Shown here: in pieces, positions 23,519-33,120 of the stretch
Position numbering within the stretch: position 1 is the stretch's first letter
Layout of the letters: each line of letters starts with the position of its first letter
Source of the DNA: Spirochaetia bacterium
GTDB taxonomy: Bacteria; Spirochaetota; Spirochaetia; SZUA-6; Bin103
Assembly (NCBI GenBank): GCA_965198005.1
Contig: CBDAOI010000003.1
Coordinates: 544,001 to 608,000, forward strand
DNA length: 64,000 nucleotides
Direction: 5' to 3'
Notes under the pieces: model-generated
Database searches by the model: none
What the model was told of the DNA's origin: nothing
The model's input: the letters and a program-made list of their open reading frames with translations, nothing else
Translations under genes and position numbers: made by a program

Positions 23519-24103
23519 GTGGGAAGGAAAAAACAGTTCAAGGTCGAGGACACCCTGGCGAAGGCGATGGAAGTATTCTCGGCGCGCGGCTATCACGCGA
23601 CGTCGATACTGGACCTCGCGGCGGGCACCGGCATGAGCCGCAGCAACGTGTACGCTTCCCTCGGCGACAAGCACACCGTGTTTCTCCGGGTGCTGCGCCA
23701 CTACGCCGCACGGTGGCAGGCCCACGTCCGGACGGCGCTGGCCGAACCCCTCTCGCCGCGTCAGGCGATCTCGAGTCTGTTGGCGTCCGCAATCGCGGAG
23801 ACCGACGGCGATGACTCCTGGAGCGGTTGCGGCATGCTGATGAACACCGCGCTGGAGTTGACGCCGTACGACGCGGAGGTCAAGGCGATTGTGGAGCGCG
23901 CGTTCGCAGACCTCGAGCAGTGCTTCCGCGCCGCGATCGTTGCCGGCCAGACGCTGGCCGAGATTCCGCGGCGGGTGGCTCCCGACCTGACCGCGCGTTC
24001 CCTGCTGACGCTGCTGATCGGGTGGTGGGTGCTGGTACGGAGCCGCGGTCCGGGGCCGCTCCGGCGCTCCATCGTCCAGCAGGTGGACGACCTGCTGGGT
24101 TAG
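23519..24103 (+). CDS. TetR/AcrR family regulator (NemR/ComR-like)
   Basis: GRKKQF...FSARGYHATSILDL...RSNVYASLGDK, GCGMLMNTALE; GTG start at 23519. Confidence 0.9.
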   Translation: MGRKKQFKVEDTLAKAMEVFSARGYHATSILDLAAGTGMSRSNVYASLGDKHTVFLRVLRHYAARWQAHVRTALAEPLSPRQAISSLLASAIAETDGDDSWSGCGMLMNTALELTPYDAEVKAIVERAFADLEQCFRAAIVAGQTLAEIPRRVAPDLTARSLLTLLIGWWVLVRSRGPGPLRRSIVQQVDDLLG

Positions 24104-24783
24104 CGCGCTGGCGTTGGCTGTTGGCGCAGGTAGCGCGTGACCGAGCGCGGGTGGGTGATCAGTTCCGCGGCGCCCGCGGCGAGCAGCTCGCGCGGTGGCC
24201 GATAGCCCCAGGTGGCACCGACCGGATAGGCGCCGCAGCGCCGGCCGGCCAGCATGTCGGCGTCGCCGTCCCCGATCAGGAGCAATTGGCGAGGATGCAG
24301 CCGCAACGTGCGTGCCAGAGCGAGCAGGCCGGCCGGGTCCGGTTTCGGTGCGGAGTGCGGTCCGAGGCCCCGCACCGCCCGAAACGGCACACCGGGAAAC
24401 AGGCCGCGTACTACCTGCACCGTCTCCTGATGCAGTTTGTTGGAGAGCACCGCCATCGGTACGCGGCGGCGGTTCAGTTCAGCCAGCAGCCAGCGCACGC
24501 CCGGGTAGGGCCGGGTGGTGCGCAGCGCGTGCCGGCGGTAGTGAACGCGCATCAGGGCGCGGGCCGCTTCGGCGTGCGCCGGCCGGCGGTGCGCGGGCGG
24601 CAGGGCCCGGGCCACCAGCGCGTTGGCGCCGGCGCCGATGAGTTGCCGGTAGCAGGCGGTGGGATGGGGTGGATGGCCCAGCTCCCGCAGCGTGGCGTTC
24701 ATCGCGGCTGCAAGGTCCTGGACCGAATCGACGAGGGTGCCGTCCAGATCGAACACCACCGCTCTGGGCGCCGGCCGGATCAC
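24100..24783 (-). CDS. HAD family hydrolase (phosphoglycolate phosphatase-like)
   Basis: FDLDGTLVDS, VLSNK, KPDP, IGDGDADM, WGY. Confidence 0.9.
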   Translation of the reverse strand: MIRPAPRAVVFDLDGTLVDSVQDLAAAMNATLRELGHPPHPTACYRQLIGAGANALVARALPPAHRRPAHAEAARALMRVHYRRHALRTTRPYPGVRWLLAELNRRRVPMAVLSNKLHQETVQVVRGLFPGVPFRAVRGLGPHSAPKPDPAGLLALARTLRLHPRQLLLIGDGDADMLAGRRCGAYPVGATWGYRPPRELLAAGAAELITHPRSVTRYLRQQPTPAR

Positions 24784-24870
24784 GTCTCAATCGTACTCCG
24801 CCCCGTGCGCGGGCGCCACCGGGGCGCCCGCAGACCCGCCAGACCGTCACGCTCGGGCTGGACGCGGCCG

Positions 24871-25674
24871 TCAGTTGGACGGCGCGGGTGACACCACCAC
24901 GCCGCCGGTGGCATCCACCTGCAGCGCCCGGCCGGTGCCGTCGCCGGCGAGCAACAGGTGGTAGCCGGTGCGGGCCGACACCGTCAGCGGGGTGGTGCCG
25001 TCACTCTCGAGCGGCGGCGCGAACGGGTCCCACCACACCCAGCGGCCGGCCGGGAGCCGCAGCGTGACTTCGTGCGCCGGCCGCGGCCGGATCAGCGTCA
25101 CGCGCATGGCGTTGGTCTGCAGGGCGGCGAGAATGGCAGTGCGGTCCAGTGACCAGGGATCGCGCGGCACGCGCGCGCCAATCTCCCGGTCCAGCCGCGC
25201 GAGGTTGAGGAACCGCGGATTGGTGCCGCCGCGCCACAGGTTCAGCACCAGGTCGGCCAGGAAGCCCCGTTCCCACGACGCGTTCAGCACGCCCTGCGCC
25301 GGGCCTGGGGCTGTCACCACCGCCCCCGCCGGGCGCAGTGGCACGGTGCCGCCGACCAGCGGCTGGACGTGGACCACGGTTCCGGCCTGCCGCCCGACCG
25401 GCAGCGCCAGCCGGCTGCCGGGACGTGCGTCCGGCAGCCGGTGCTCGCTGCCGTCGCCGCCGTCGACCGCGGTAACGCGCAAGGTAACGTCCAGGTGCCG
25501 CCACGCCGCCGGCAGCGCCGGAAGCTGCACCGCCCACCGCTCCGCCGACAGGTCGCACCCGGCCAGCGCCGCCGGCCCGATCCCCAGCGCCCCGATCCCC
25601 AGCACACCCAGTGCCGCTCTCCGTATCGTCCCGTTCATACCAGGGGCAACGGGCGGGATTCGGTGGCGCTTCAA
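24871..25674 (-). CDS. Hypothetical lipoprotein
   Basis: Hydrophobic leader ending in LAGC lipobox; start uncertain. Confidence 0.55.
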   Translation of the reverse strand: MKRHRIPPVAPGMNGTIRRAALGVLGIGALGIGPAALAGCDLSAERWAVQLPALPAAWRHLDVTLRVTAVDGGDGSEHRLPDARPGSRLALPVGRQAGTVVHVQPLVGGTVPLRPAGAVVTAPGPAQGVLNASWERGFLADLVLNLWRGGTNPRFLNLARLDREIGARVPRDPWSLDRTAILAALQTNAMRVTLIRPRPAHEVTLRLPAGRWVWWDPFAPPLESDGTTPLTVSARTGYHLLLAGDGTGRALQVDATGGVVVSPAPSN

Positions 25675-25705
25675 TCGGGGCAGCCGGGGGACTCAGCCGG
25701 CGGAC

Positions 25706-27613
25706 TCAGCGGACCGCGGCAACCCCGGAGCGGTACATGCCCAGCAGGCGATAGCTGGCGGCCGCCGCCCGCACCTGCTCCATCGCCTGCTCGAACGACG
25801 CGCGCGCGGCCGGCACGTCGAGGTCGACGTAGAACATGTACTCCCACGGCCGGCCGGGAATCGGTCGCGATTCCAGCTTCTTCATGTTGAGCCGGCTGTC
25901 GGCCAGCACCTGCAGCACCCGAAACAGGCTGCCCGGCTCGTCGCGCGCCGAGAACACGATCGAGGCGCGGGTCGGATCGGTCACCGCGGCGTGCTCGTCG
26001 CGCGCCAGCAGCACGAAGCGGGTGTAGTTGCGGACGTTGGTCTCGATCCCCTCCGCCAGCACCGTCATCTTGTGCTCGCGCGCCGCCGCGGCCCCGGCCA
26101 GCGCCGCCTGGGTCGGGTCCCCCGCCTGCGCCACGTGCGCCACCGCCCCGGCGGTGTCGTAGAACGGCACCTCCTCCCACTCGGGAAAGCCGGCCAGGAA
26201 CTGCGCGCACTGGGCCAGTCCCTGCGGATGGGAGAGCACGCGCCGGATGCCGCCGGTGGCCGCCCCCGGCACCCCGATCAGGCACCAGACGATGCGGGTG
26301 GTGATCTCGCCCACGATCTTGATGTCCGGGAACTGCAGCAGCAGGTCGTAGTTCTGGTGAATCGACCCGGTCAGGGAGTTCTCGATCGGCAGCAGTCCGT
26401 AGCCCACCGATCCGTCCAGCACCTGGCGAAACACGTCGGCGAACTCACGGGCGGGCACCGGCCGCGGGTGCGGGAAGTAGCGGAAGATGGCGTTCTCGCT
26501 GTGGGCGCCGCGTTCACCCTGAAACGCGACCGTCACCGGCGCGGGCGCCGCGGATGAGGCGCCGGCCGGCGGCGGTGGCCGGCGGGCGGGACGCGGCAGG
26601 CGCGCCACTTCCTTGCCGAGCACCGGGGCCAGCCGCTCGACGTCGCGCATCAGCTTCTCGAACTGAGCGGGAAACAGCGACTGCGGCCCGTCCGACAGCG
26701 CTGCCTCGGGGTCGGGATGCACCTCGACCAGGATGCCGTCGGCGCCCGCCGCCACCGCGGCCAGCGCCATCGGCGCCACCTTGTCGCGCATGCCGGTGCC
26801 GTGGCTGGGATCGACGAAGATCGGCAGGTGGCTGAGCTCCTTGACCACCGGAATGGCCGACAGATCGAGCGTGTTGCGGGTGTAGGTCTCGAAGGTGCGG
26901 ATGCCGCGTTCGCACAGGATCACCGCGTCGGTGCCGTGGGCCAGCAGGTATTCGGCGGACAGCAGCAGATCCTCGATGGTGGCGGCCAGCCCGCGCTTGA
27001 GCAGCACCGGCTTGCCCATCTCGCCCACCCGCTTGAGCAGCTCGTAGTTCTGCATGTTGCGCGCCCCGATCTGCAGCACGTCCACGTGGTCGGCCAGCAG
27101 CGGCAGGTATTCGGCCGCCACGACCTCGGAGACCACCGGCAGCCCGTAGCGCTCGCCGGCCTCCTTCAACAGCTCGACGCCCGGCTGCCCGAGCCCCTGA
27201 AACGAGTAGGGCGAGGTGCGCGGCTTGAACGCCCCGCCGCGCAGACCGACCGCGCCCGACTCCTTGAGCAGCGCCGCCACCTCGAAGATCTGGGCGCGCG
27301 ACTCCACCGCGCACGGTCCGGCGAACACCGCCAGGCGGCCGCCCCCCACCTTGAGCGGGCCGAGGCCGATGACCGTTTCGTCGCGCTTGAACTCGCGCGA
27401 GGCGAGCTTGTAGGGCTGGTTGAGCGGGATCACCTGGGCGACGCCCGGCAGGAGCTCGATCTGGCGTTGATCGAGCGGGTCGCCGCCGACCGCACCGAGC
27501 ACGGTCTCGCCGTCCTGCTCCAGCTCGCGGATCCGGTAGCGGTGCTCCTGGAGATGCGCCCGCACCGCGCTCTTCTGCCCCTGGGTGATGCCACGATCGA
27601 GAACGACGACCAT
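25706..27613 (-). CDS. Fused DAHP synthase (type I-beta) / prephenate dehydratase-ACT
   Basis: [33 protein letters not shown], then [30 protein letters not shown]; start ATG 27613. Confidence 0.93.
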   Translation of the reverse strand: MVVVLDRGITQGQKSAVRAHLQEHRYRIRELEQDGETVLGAVGGDPLDQRQIELLPGVAQVIPLNQPYKLASREFKRDETVIGLGPLKVGGGRLAVFAGPCAVESRAQIFEVAALLKESGAVGLRGGAFKPRTSPYSFQGLGQPGVELLKEAGERYGLPVVSEVVAAEYLPLLADHVDVLQIGARNMQNYELLKRVGEMGKPVLLKRGLAATIEDLLLSAEYLLAHGTDAVILCERGIRTFETYTRNTLDLSAIPVVKELSHLPIFVDPSHGTGMRDKVAPMALAAVAAGADGILVEVHPDPEAALSDGPQSLFPAQFEKLMRDVERLAPVLGKEVARLPRPARRPPPPAGASSAAPAPVTVAFQGERGAHSENAIFRYFPHPRPVPAREFADVFRQVLDGSVGYGLLPIENSLTGSIHQNYDLLLQFPDIKIVGEITTRIVWCLIGVPGAATGGIRRVLSHPQGLAQCAQFLAGFPEWEEVPFYDTAGAVAHVAQAGDPTQAALAGAAAAREHKMTVLAEGIETNVRNYTRFVLLARDEHAAVTDPTRASIVFSARDEPGSLFRVLQVLADSRLNMKKLESRPIPGRPWEYMFYVDLDVPAARASFEQAMEQVRAAAASYRLLGMYRSGVAAVR

Positions 27614-27683
27614 GGGAGACCCTACGGAGGTCGGTTTTTGCGTGTCAAGATGCCGTTCGGCTGCTACACTGGGCGCGGTGCGA

Positions 27684-28235
27684 ATGATGCGCAAACTGAT
27701 CGTCCAGTACGTCAAGGATCTGACCGCCGGCCGACTGGCCTCCGGGTTCGAACACTCCTACCGCGTGTACCACTTGGCGCGCGAGATCGGCGAGGGCGAG
27801 CGGTACGACGATGACGTTCTGCACGCCGCCTGCTTTCTGCACAACGTCGAAATCCCGGCGCGCCGGCTGAACGAGGCGGTGGAGAAGGCGGAGCTGATTC
27901 TAGCCGAGACCGGCTTCCCGCCGGACCGGTCCCAACGGGTGACCCAGGCGATCCGCGAGCACCGTCCCGGCAGCCGTCCGTCGACGATAGAGGGACAGCT
28001 CCTCCACGACGCCAATCTGCTCGACACGATCGGGGCGATCGGGTTTGCGCGGCTGGCCATCGGCGCCTTTTTCTGGCACCACTACAAGACCATGCAGGAG
28101 GTGCTGGAGATGATCCGCGAGCGGCTGAGCTACGCCGACACGTTCCACTTCGAGCGCGCCCGGGCCATGGCGCAACCCAAGGTGGCCTTCATGCGCGCCG
28201 CGGTCGAGCAACTGGCGGCGGAGCTGGAGCAGTAG
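27684..28235 (+). CDS. HD-domain protein with variant motif
   Basis: HSYRV, AACFLHN, IREH, LHDANLLDTIGAIG. Confidence 0.78.
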   Translation: MMRKLIVQYVKDLTAGRLASGFEHSYRVYHLAREIGEGERYDDDVLHAACFLHNVEIPARRLNEAVEKAELILAETGFPPDRSQRVTQAIREHRPGSRPSTIEGQLLHDANLLDTIGAIGFARLAIGAFFWHHYKTMQEVLEMIRERLSYADTFHFERARAMAQPKVAFMRAAVEQLAAELEQ

Positions 28236-28239
28236 CCTT

Positions 28240-29211
28240 ATGCATGCGATCGTGGTAGGTGACGGGCCGGAGGCGCCGCTGGAGTGGCGCGAGGTGCCCG
28301 ACCCGCGGCCGCTGCCGCACGAGGTGCTGGTGCGGATTCACGCCACCGCGGTCAATCGCGCCGACCTGTACCAGCGCCGCGGCGGCTACGATCCTCCGCC
28401 CGGCGCGCCGCCCTACCTGGGGCTGGAGATGGCGGGCGTGGTCGAAGCGTGCGGGGCAGAGACCTCGGGGGTCGCGGTGGGCGATCGCGTGTGCTCGATT
28501 CTGGGCGGCGGCGGCTACGCCGAGGCGGTGGCGGTGGACGCGCGCCATCTGCTGCCGGTGCCGGAGGCGCTGAGCCTGGTGGAAGGCGGCGGGCTGCCGG
28601 AGGTGTTCCTCACCGCGTACGTGAACCTGTTCCTCGAGGCGGGCCTGAGCGCGGGTGAGACGGTGTTGATTCACGGCGGCGCCAGCGGCGTCGGCACCGC
28701 GGCGATTCAGCTCGCGCGGCACGCCGGGGCGACGGTATGCGTCACCGCCCGCTCCGAGGAGAAGCTGGCGGCCTGCCGCACGCTGGGGGCGCAGGTGGCG
28801 GTCAACCACGTGACCGAGGACTGGGCCGCCGCCATTGGCGCCGCCGCTGGCGGGGTGGACGTGATTCTCGACTGTGTCGGCGGCGCCTACCTGGAACGCC
28901 ACCTCAAGCTGCTGCGGGTGCGCGGGCGGCTGGTGTTCATCGCCACCCTGGGCGGCGCCACGGCCGAGTTCCCCATCGGCCAGCTCATGGGCAAGCGGCT
29001 GCGGCTCATCGGCTCGGTGCTGCGGCCGCGCACCGCCGACGAAAAGGCCGCCATCAGCGCCGGCTTCCAGCGCGACTTCGGCGCCGCGGTGGCCGCCCGC
29101 GAGCTCCTGCCGATCATCCACACCGCCATGCCGATCCAACAGGCCGCCGCCGCGCACGCCCTGCTGGAACGCTACGACAACATCGGCAAGGTAGTCCTCA
29201 CCGTCCGCTGA
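28240..29211 (+). CDS. NAD(P)H:quinone oxidoreductase, PIG3 family
   Basis: VNRADLYQRRGGY, LGLEMAG, IHGGASGVGT, NIGKVVL. Confidence 0.93.
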   Translation: MHAIVVGDGPEAPLEWREVPDPRPLPHEVLVRIHATAVNRADLYQRRGGYDPPPGAPPYLGLEMAGVVEACGAETSGVAVGDRVCSILGGGGYAEAVAVDARHLLPVPEALSLVEGGGLPEVFLTAYVNLFLEAGLSAGETVLIHGGASGVGTAAIQLARHAGATVCVTARSEEKLAACRTLGAQVAVNHVTEDWAAAIGAAAGGVDVILDCVGGAYLERHLKLLRVRGRLVFIATLGGATAEFPIGQLMGKRLRLIGSVLRPRTADEKAAISAGFQRDFGAAVAARELLPIIHTAMPIQQAAAAHALLERYDNIGKVVLTVR

Positions 29212-29408
29212 CCTGGTGTGAGACGGCCCTGGTACGTGGTGTCGGCAACATCTGCAGCAGAACGACGAACAGCCCGCGGGCCTCGTCCTTGTCGGCTGTC
29301 CCAGTACCTCGGCGCTCGGCGGTGTAGTCGTAGCCGTGGCCGTGCACCGGTGCGTTCCCCCGCGCTGAAGCCGGCGGTTGACGGCCGGCGCCGCCATCGG
29401 CACTGGCG

Positions 29409-29747
29409 GTGACGCCGGTCTGGGTCACCTTCGTGGTGGATGCCGCCGGCCCGGGGGTGCTGCCGCTCGCCTCCCTGACCTCCACTTCGGTGATGGCGGC
29501 ACCGGCCCAGCAGGCAGCACCGGGGCTGCGGGCGCTGGCCTCCAGCCTGCCGCTGGGGCTGAGTTGGGGCTTGGCCAGCCTGACCCTGCCACTGCTCGGC
29601 TGGATCGGCGACCAGGTCGGGGGCACCGCCATGCTGCCCGGCCTGGCCTGGTTGCCGCTGGTCGCTGCGGCGATCATGGTTCTGCTGATGCCTACGCGCC
29701 GGCCGGCGCCGCTGGTCGAACCAGCCCCTGCTGCAGCAAGCGGGTAA
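29409..29747 (+). pseudogene. MFS transporter C-terminal fragment
   Basis: AQQAAPGLRALASSLPLGLSWG...LGWIGDQVG; no N-terminal half. Confidence 0.5.
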
Positions 29748-30004
29748 TGGCGCCGGTGAGCGCCGGCACTGTGTCCGGCGCCTGAATCGCCGCGGCCAGC
29801 TCGTGCTGCTCCGCTTGCGGGTACTGCACGTCGACGACCTGATGCGCAAGCGCCAGCGCCCCCATCCACTCCGTCCTGCCGATACCGCATTGAGCCTGAA
29901 ACCCCGGGGGCACTTACCAATACATATTTTGCCAAAATATATTTTGCCAAAAATCCATTGCCCGATGATCTTGTCTCGTACGTCCTTGCGGGGAGTAGTC
30001 GTAT

Positions 30005-30085
30005 ATGCGGAATATCATCGGCCAAGCGGTAGTAGGCGACGATCTCTACGGACGAGATTACGAACTGGCCCGTCTGTGGGAGTAT
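30005..30085 (+). pseudogene. N-terminal fragment of a P-loop ATPase gene
   Basis: MRNIIGQAVVGDDLYGRDYELARLWE, breaks off before any Walker A. Confidence 0.45.
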
Positions 30086-30099
30086 CAACACGTCTTGGA

Positions 30100-30450
30100 A
30101 GCAGCATATGCAAGCGTTGAAGGAGCTGGGCGAAGAAGAAGACGTGGACTTCTTCAAGAACTGGCTCCGAGCTCGTCACGCCGAGACGATCCGTCCAGGG
30201 CTGAAGGGCGCTGAGAACAAGGACTTTGAGCGCATCGGAACGGAATTCCATCGGTGGGTGAGGGATCAGAAGGAGCATCTTGGGCTCGTAGACTCCGATT
30301 CCTTCGTGCGCTTCGTCTCACGCGATTTGGACTTCTACGCGTGCAGGGCTCTGGAAATCGGGAGGGCGGCGCGAACGCTCATCAAGGGTTGGGAGTCAGT
30401 CCGCTATAACGAAGACCGCGGCTTCACCTTGCAGACGCAGGCGCTCTTCG
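30100..30450 (+). pseudogene. Internal fragment resembling a DUF262/DUF1524 (GmrSD-like) protein
   Basis: DFFKNWLRARHAETIR...NKDFERIGTEFHRWVRD. Confidence 0.45.
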
Positions 30451-30459
30451 CGACGCCCC

Positions 30460-30540
30460 GCAGCTTCCCGCACGTGCTGATCGTGATGCTCGACCAGCTG
30501 CGGGCGGACTCGGTCGGCTGCGCCGGCCAGCCTCGCAGCG
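30460..30540 (+). pseudogene. Sulfatase N-terminal fragment
   Basis: PHVLIVMLDQLRADSVGCAG. Confidence 0.5.
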
Positions 30541-30598
30541 CCCATGTTGTGGGGTTACGAAATCACCAGCGGATTGCGCCGGGCGCAGTGGCACAAGC

Positions 30599-31540
30599 TC
30601 ACCCCTGCTCCGGGTCGATGCCCGATCGGCGCAGCAAGGCCGCCAAGCGTTCGGCGCGCTGCCGTTCCTGCTCGGCGCGCTGGCGTTCCTGCTCGGCGCG
30701 CTGCCGTTCCCGCTCGGCACGCTGCCGTTCCTGCTCGGCACGCTGCCGTTCCTCCACCATCAGGTGCTCCGCGCGCTCGGCACGCTCCTTGCCCATCGGT
30801 ATCAACACGTCATGCTCGTCCATCCAGCGCAACCACCCGCTCCACCACACGCCCTCGAACTCCCCCTCCCACAGCCTCAGTCCCAGCCGTAGCTCCGGGA
30901 ACCGCGGCGACTCCTGCCTTGCGTAGCCCCGGTCGCTCAGCCGATACACGCGCAGATCCTCCCGCATCACCCGATGAAACGGATCGTAGATCACGTAGTA
31001 GCCAACACCCATGCGCGCGTACCTGAGCCGCTTGCGCCCCAGCTCCTCGCCTTCCCGGTTCGACACGATCTCCACCACCAGGTCCGGCGGCTTGCCGAAC
31101 TCCCACACGAAATAGGAGCGGTGCCGCTTGTCCCACCAGTCGGCGGCCACCTGCACGTCCAGGCTCAGAAACACGTCCGGCACGATCGCCGGGTTGCGCG
31201 CCTCCGCGAACACGCCGACGTTGGCAGCCGCCAGAAACCTGCGCCCGGCGCCCGGTCCGGCCCACGAGCTGTACAGCGGTTCGGTGAGCAGGCGTTGCTG
31301 CTTCTCGGAAGGCATGTTGTCCACCGGCGTATCATCCTCGGTCACCAGAGCTTCGACGTCGACGCTCAGCTGCGGCGCCGCCGGCGCCGCAGCAACCCCT
31401 GCTGCCTGGACCGCGGCGGCACGCGGCACGCTCGAGGCCGGCCTCGTGAGCACTCTGCCCGGCGGGGCAGGCTCCGCTCCGGGGGCGCTGGATTGCGGAT
31501 CAAGCGCGGAATGCCCGCGGTCGGGGGTGGTCGGCTCCAT
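30599..31540 (-). CDS. Uma2 family endonuclease with C-terminal coiled-coil repeats
   Basis: VPDVFLSLDV, GKPPDLVVEIVS, YYVIYDP; tail of RAEQERQ heptads. Confidence 0.88.
   Translation of the reverse strand: MEPTTPDRGHSALDPQSSAPGAEPAPPGRVLTRPASSVPRAAAVQAAGVAAAPAAPQLSVDVEALVTEDDTPVDNMPSEKQQRLLTEPLYSSWAGPGAGRRFLAAANVGVFAEARNPAIVPDVFLSLDVQVAADWWDKRHRSYFVWEFGKPPDLVVEIVSNREGEELGRKRLRYARMGVGYYVIYDPFHRVMREDLRVYRLSDRGYARQESPRFPELRLGLRLWEGEFEGVWWSGWLRWMDEHDVLIPMGKERAERAEHLMVEERQRAEQERQRAERERQRAEQERQRAEQERQRAERLAALLRRSGIDPEQG
30657..30752 (-). repeat. 21-bp coding tandem repeat (ERQRAEQ heptads)
   Basis: About 4.5 copies of cgctgccgttcctgctcggcr on the plus strand. Confidence 0.85.
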
Positions 31541-31592
31541 GCGTTCGCCAGTATACGCCGAGCAAGCAGGACCTGCCACTTCGCAGCACGTG

Positions 31593-32129
31593 GCTGGCGC
31601 TGCTGCCGGTGGCCCGGATCACGAACACCCCTGTCGTTCCGCGTACGCGTCGGCCGCTTCGTCCGCCTTCAGGTAGGCGACCGCACCGTATGCGGCGTGG
31701 GCCGCATACTCCGGCAGCAGCACGGCGACGTTGCGCAGGGTCTCCAGGAAGTGTTCGACGTCACGCACCTTCACCCGCGGGTTGTTGCTCAGGTCGAATT
31801 GCCACGGTCGCTGCTCTCCGCTCCGGGTCAACGGGCGGAGAGTCGGCGCTGCTTCAAGGACGGCTGCCGGCCCAGCAGCTCGTCGACGGCCGGCTGGCCG
31901 GTGGGGTACAGCCCCTCGGGTACGGTGGCTCCCGCCGGCAGCAACCGGCGCACCACCGCGGCGTAGTCGCCGCCGGGGTTCCACTGCCGGCGCACCGCGG
32001 TCTCGAGCGGAGTCCCCAACATCGGCGGCACGTCGAGATCCAGGCGCGCGTCGTGGTCCAGCAGCACCGCCGCCATGGCGGGATTGCCGCGGCATGCCGC
32101 CCAGTGCAACGGCGTGGCCCCCATCCAGC
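31593..32129. repeat. Left copy of imperfect direct repeat (nuclease 3' part plus ankyrin 3' part)
   Basis: Aligns by eye with 62536-62717 joined to 63234-63651. Confidence 0.88.
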
Positions 32130-32405
32130 CGGCGGCGTTGACGTCGAAGCCCGCTCGGCCATGACGCGCACGCCGTCAGCGTTGTTCATCTGCGCCACGG
32201 GGCTCATCAGCGCGCGGTCGAGGCGATGCAGCCGCGCCACCGCGGGTGGCCGCTGCGCCAGCATGGCGCCCGCGCGCTCCCCGTCGCCGCGCGCGCAGGC
32301 CACGACCAGTTCGTCAGCCACGCGCCGCGCCGAGGGGCGGGCTCCGCGCCGTTCCAGCAGCTCCGCCACCGCGCTCTGCCCGAGCCGCACGGCGAGGTCG
32401 TGCGC
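31828..32405 (-). pseudogene. Ankyrin-repeat protein remnant
   Basis: TAHDLAVRLGQSAVAELLERRGA, GATPLHWAACRGNPAMAAVLLDHDA; frameshift near 32150 and 5' end missing. Confidence 0.75.
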
Positions 32406-32409
32406 GGTG

Positions 32410-32655
32410 CGGGCGCGCATCTCGTTGGTCGTTGGTCTGGCGGCGACCACGCTGAACGTGCTGGTCGCTACCCTGATCGGCGGCACGTCCGGATTCCTCG
32501 GGGGTAAGCTGGACCTGGCGGTGCAGCGCTTCGTCGATGCCCGGATGGCGTTCCCGGGACTGCTCCTGTTGCTCACGATCATGTCGGTCGCGGGGCAGGG
32601 TCTGCCACAGATCATCGTGGTCCTGGGGGTCGCCGACGGTGTGGGCGGCTCTACG
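32410..32655 (+). pseudogene. DppC/OppC-type ABC permease fragment
   Basis: ARISLVVGLAAT...IGGTSGFLGGKLDLAVQRFVD...AFPGLLLLL. Confidence 0.7.
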
Positions 32656-33120
32656 CCGAGGCGGACGAAATCCTCAGAGAGGCGAGCGAGATCGATCAAG
32701 ACTGGCTGGAGGCTCTGGACCGACTCGAACAAGCTCTTCGGTCAGATAACGGAAAGCCGAAAGAAAGAGCCGGGAAGGAAGTTGTGGACTCGTTGATCGG
32801 AGCGGCCGCGGCGGGTCATGGCGCCCGAGTCAAGCGGATTATGCGGGAGGCAGGATTGGTTGAATCGATGGAACCTCTCTGGCATGCCGTTCGGGCAGAG
32901 TTGGGTGAAGACCTCGAAGCGCTGCCCGCGGAGGTGATGGATGCCGTCCTGCTCCTGCGCCGGAGAATCGCCCATGACTCGACGGCGGCCGGCTCTTCCC
33001 AGGGATAACCAACGTGGATGGCATGCTCATCGGTCTGAGGCGGGCCCTCAATCGACCTCAGTCTCAATCAGCCGGAAGCGCACGTGGTAGGATCGCAGGC
33101 CAGGAGACGCGACGACAGCA

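Noticed and set aside
30657-30752. CRISPR array
   Set aside because: Contiguous 21-bp coding repeats without spacers; they encode the Uma2 coiled coil
32784-33008. Small gene upstream of the helicase as part of the defence operon
   Set aside because: Looks like the C-terminal remnant of a larger gene within the fragment mosaic; no supported start
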